Positions 62,400 through 64,000 of a stretch of DNA of 64,000 nt are shown piece after piece (the stretch's first letter is position 1; every line of letters begins with the position of its first letter). Below the pieces are notes generated by a model that was not told the DNA's origin, did no database searches, and saw nothing but the letters and a program-made list of their open reading frames with translations. The translations under genes and the position numbers were made by a program. Source of the stretch: Oopsacas minuta (Eukaryota > Animalia > Porifera); NCBI GenBank assembly GCA_024704765.1, contig JAKMXF010000296.1, positions 408,465 through 472,464 of the forward strand. Reading direction: 5' to 3'.

Positions 62400-62560
62400 C
62401 CCATAGGATTTGGCTTAGTAGGAAATTTTTCACTTTGTCAATTTTCATCCTATTTTCAAATTATTAATCTCTATCAGCTTCTCTCAACGAGTTATTGAAC
62501 GGTGCATATAGGGCTTTTTGACCACATTACAAAAGTTGGGGGAGTGTAAGATTCTGAAAT
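62400..62560. repeat. Diverged partial third copy of the 600-bp inverted-repeat arm
   Basis: cagcttctctcaacgagttattgaacggtgcatataggg...tttgaccacatt matches about 29715-29770. Confidence 0.7.
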
Positions 62561-63577
62561 TGCTCACCAAATTTTGTGCGATTGTGGAAATTGAATATTA
62601 TCATCTTTTCGCTTTAAGAATTATTCTTCAGAAAAGTTCAATAATAGCAAACCTTTCCTTTTGCATCAGGAGATAAACAAAATATTAAGCTAGTACTAAA
62701 TTCATCTATTGATTATATATAATCTTGAATTTTCGAAAATATGAATATGGGACAGTGGTTATTGCGCACCCTGTAGGAAAACATTTGATTTATAATAAAT
62801 AGCAATTCTTGTGCAAAATTATTTGTCAAATGTACATCCGAAAATCTTGAATAAGTGGTTGGAGTTGGCATTCGGTCTCATAGCCCATAGATGCCAATCT
62901 GGGGTATCCCCAAACCTTGAGGTTTCTTATCAAGAGGCGTTAGTTAGGCTTTTCGTTTAAATTTATAGAGAAGCATCATAAATTCGCGTCATATTTCACC
63001 CTTTGAATTTTGAAAAAAGCGAGAGACTCACATGTATGGTGCGATAATTGATATCACTGTCAGGCCCCCAAAAGAAACGCTACTGCAATAATGTTAAACT
63101 ACTTAGGTGAAAAAACCTAATGTAGGTGTGTTTTAGGAACTATCTTTTCTCGGGTACATTACCAGTAGCATAGTTTCTCTTCATCATTTTCGTAGTCGGA
63201 AATAAAATACTACCGCTTAGCATTCTAATCACCTATGGCTGTGGCACCAAGTTTTTCTCGGTCCAGGGATTGTTTAAATGAGTTTGGGATTACTATATAG
63301 GAGTGTACATCTTAGAAACAATGCACTTTGGGCAGAATGAATGTAGTACATTTCTACGAGTATGTAACACTTTCGGGCTAAAGTGGATGTCATCATTCAA
63401 TAAAAGCAAAAATTTTGCCAAAATGTGCCAAATGAATATCTTGTACTCAAAAATTCAGCAAAATATATCTAAATGGTCAATCATTAAGACCAAGTTAGAT
63501 GTTAAATATTTGTTTTGATTAAAATGTTGAAATACGAAATGTTCTAAACTCGTTTCTGCACAAAATCTAAAAATTTA

Positions 63578-63984
63578 GTCATAACAAAGTAATCAAGTTT
63601 CTGAGTTATAACACATAACATGGATAGCACATGTTTCCCATTATCCACCTACAACTCAGTAATCATGGAAACCATTATAAAATCAGGATAGCCATTATAT
63701 TGGTTATATCAGACTTCCAAGAGTCTGATAATACATTTTGATAACCCTTACCAATTTGACATAATAGTGAATATGCCCATATATGGTCATTTTCAATATT
63801 CGCAATTATCAGAGGTTTCAGGGCAAAATGTATTATGAGGGTATGGAAGTAGGATATATGTAATATAATGGCTATCCTGATTTCACAATAATTTCCATGA
63901 TTATCGAGTTATAAGTGGATATTCATAACCTGTGCTATCCATGGTATGTGTTATAACTCAGAAACTTGCTAACTTTATGATGAC
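63578..63984. mobile_element. About 400-bp hairpin MITE
   Basis: gtcataacaaagtaatcaagtttctgagttataacacat...ggatagc pairs with gctatcc...atgtgttataactcagaaacttgctaactttatgatgac. TSD not resolved. Confidence 0.65.
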
Positions 63985-64000
63985 AAAAGTATTTTATTTT

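Overview
AT-rich eukaryotic genomic DNA, most likely animal (a BIN1/amphiphysin-type SH3 exon and TMEM167/TM7SF2-like genes point that way; the host is inferred, not shown). Summing my approximate boundaries, about 70% of the window is class II (DNA) transposon sequence from at least eight superfamilies: Transib, Mutator/MULE x2, Tc1/mariner (DD34E, DD37E x2, DD37D x2, DD34D, pogo/Tigger), Helitron, PIF/Harbinger x2, Merlin x3, hAT x3 plus a remnant, and a Ginger-like foldback. I recognised no retrotransposon. Nearly all transposases carry stops or frameshifts. Host genes are limited to an SH3 exon (7.5 kb), a single-exon kish/TMEM167A gene, an adjacent intronless Delta14-sterol reductase with four frameshifts (59.5-61.2 kb), and a possible divergent spliced gene after 61.3 kb. 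Highlights: (1) a Helitron carrying a separate antisense OTU-protease gene not seen in the ORF track; (2) a Harbinger element inserted in reverse into an older copy of itself, the two sharing inactivating lesions; (3) a 1.85-kb MULE expanded to 10 kb by four nested insertions, each with resolvable target-site duplications; (4) a 2-kb near-perfect palindrome with TGTTG termini and a 4-bp TSD that contains a 17-nt match to the Tn5/Nextera mosaic end; (5) a kish-sterol reductase pair with operon/trans-splicing-like geometry. All motif and repeat comparisons were done by eye.
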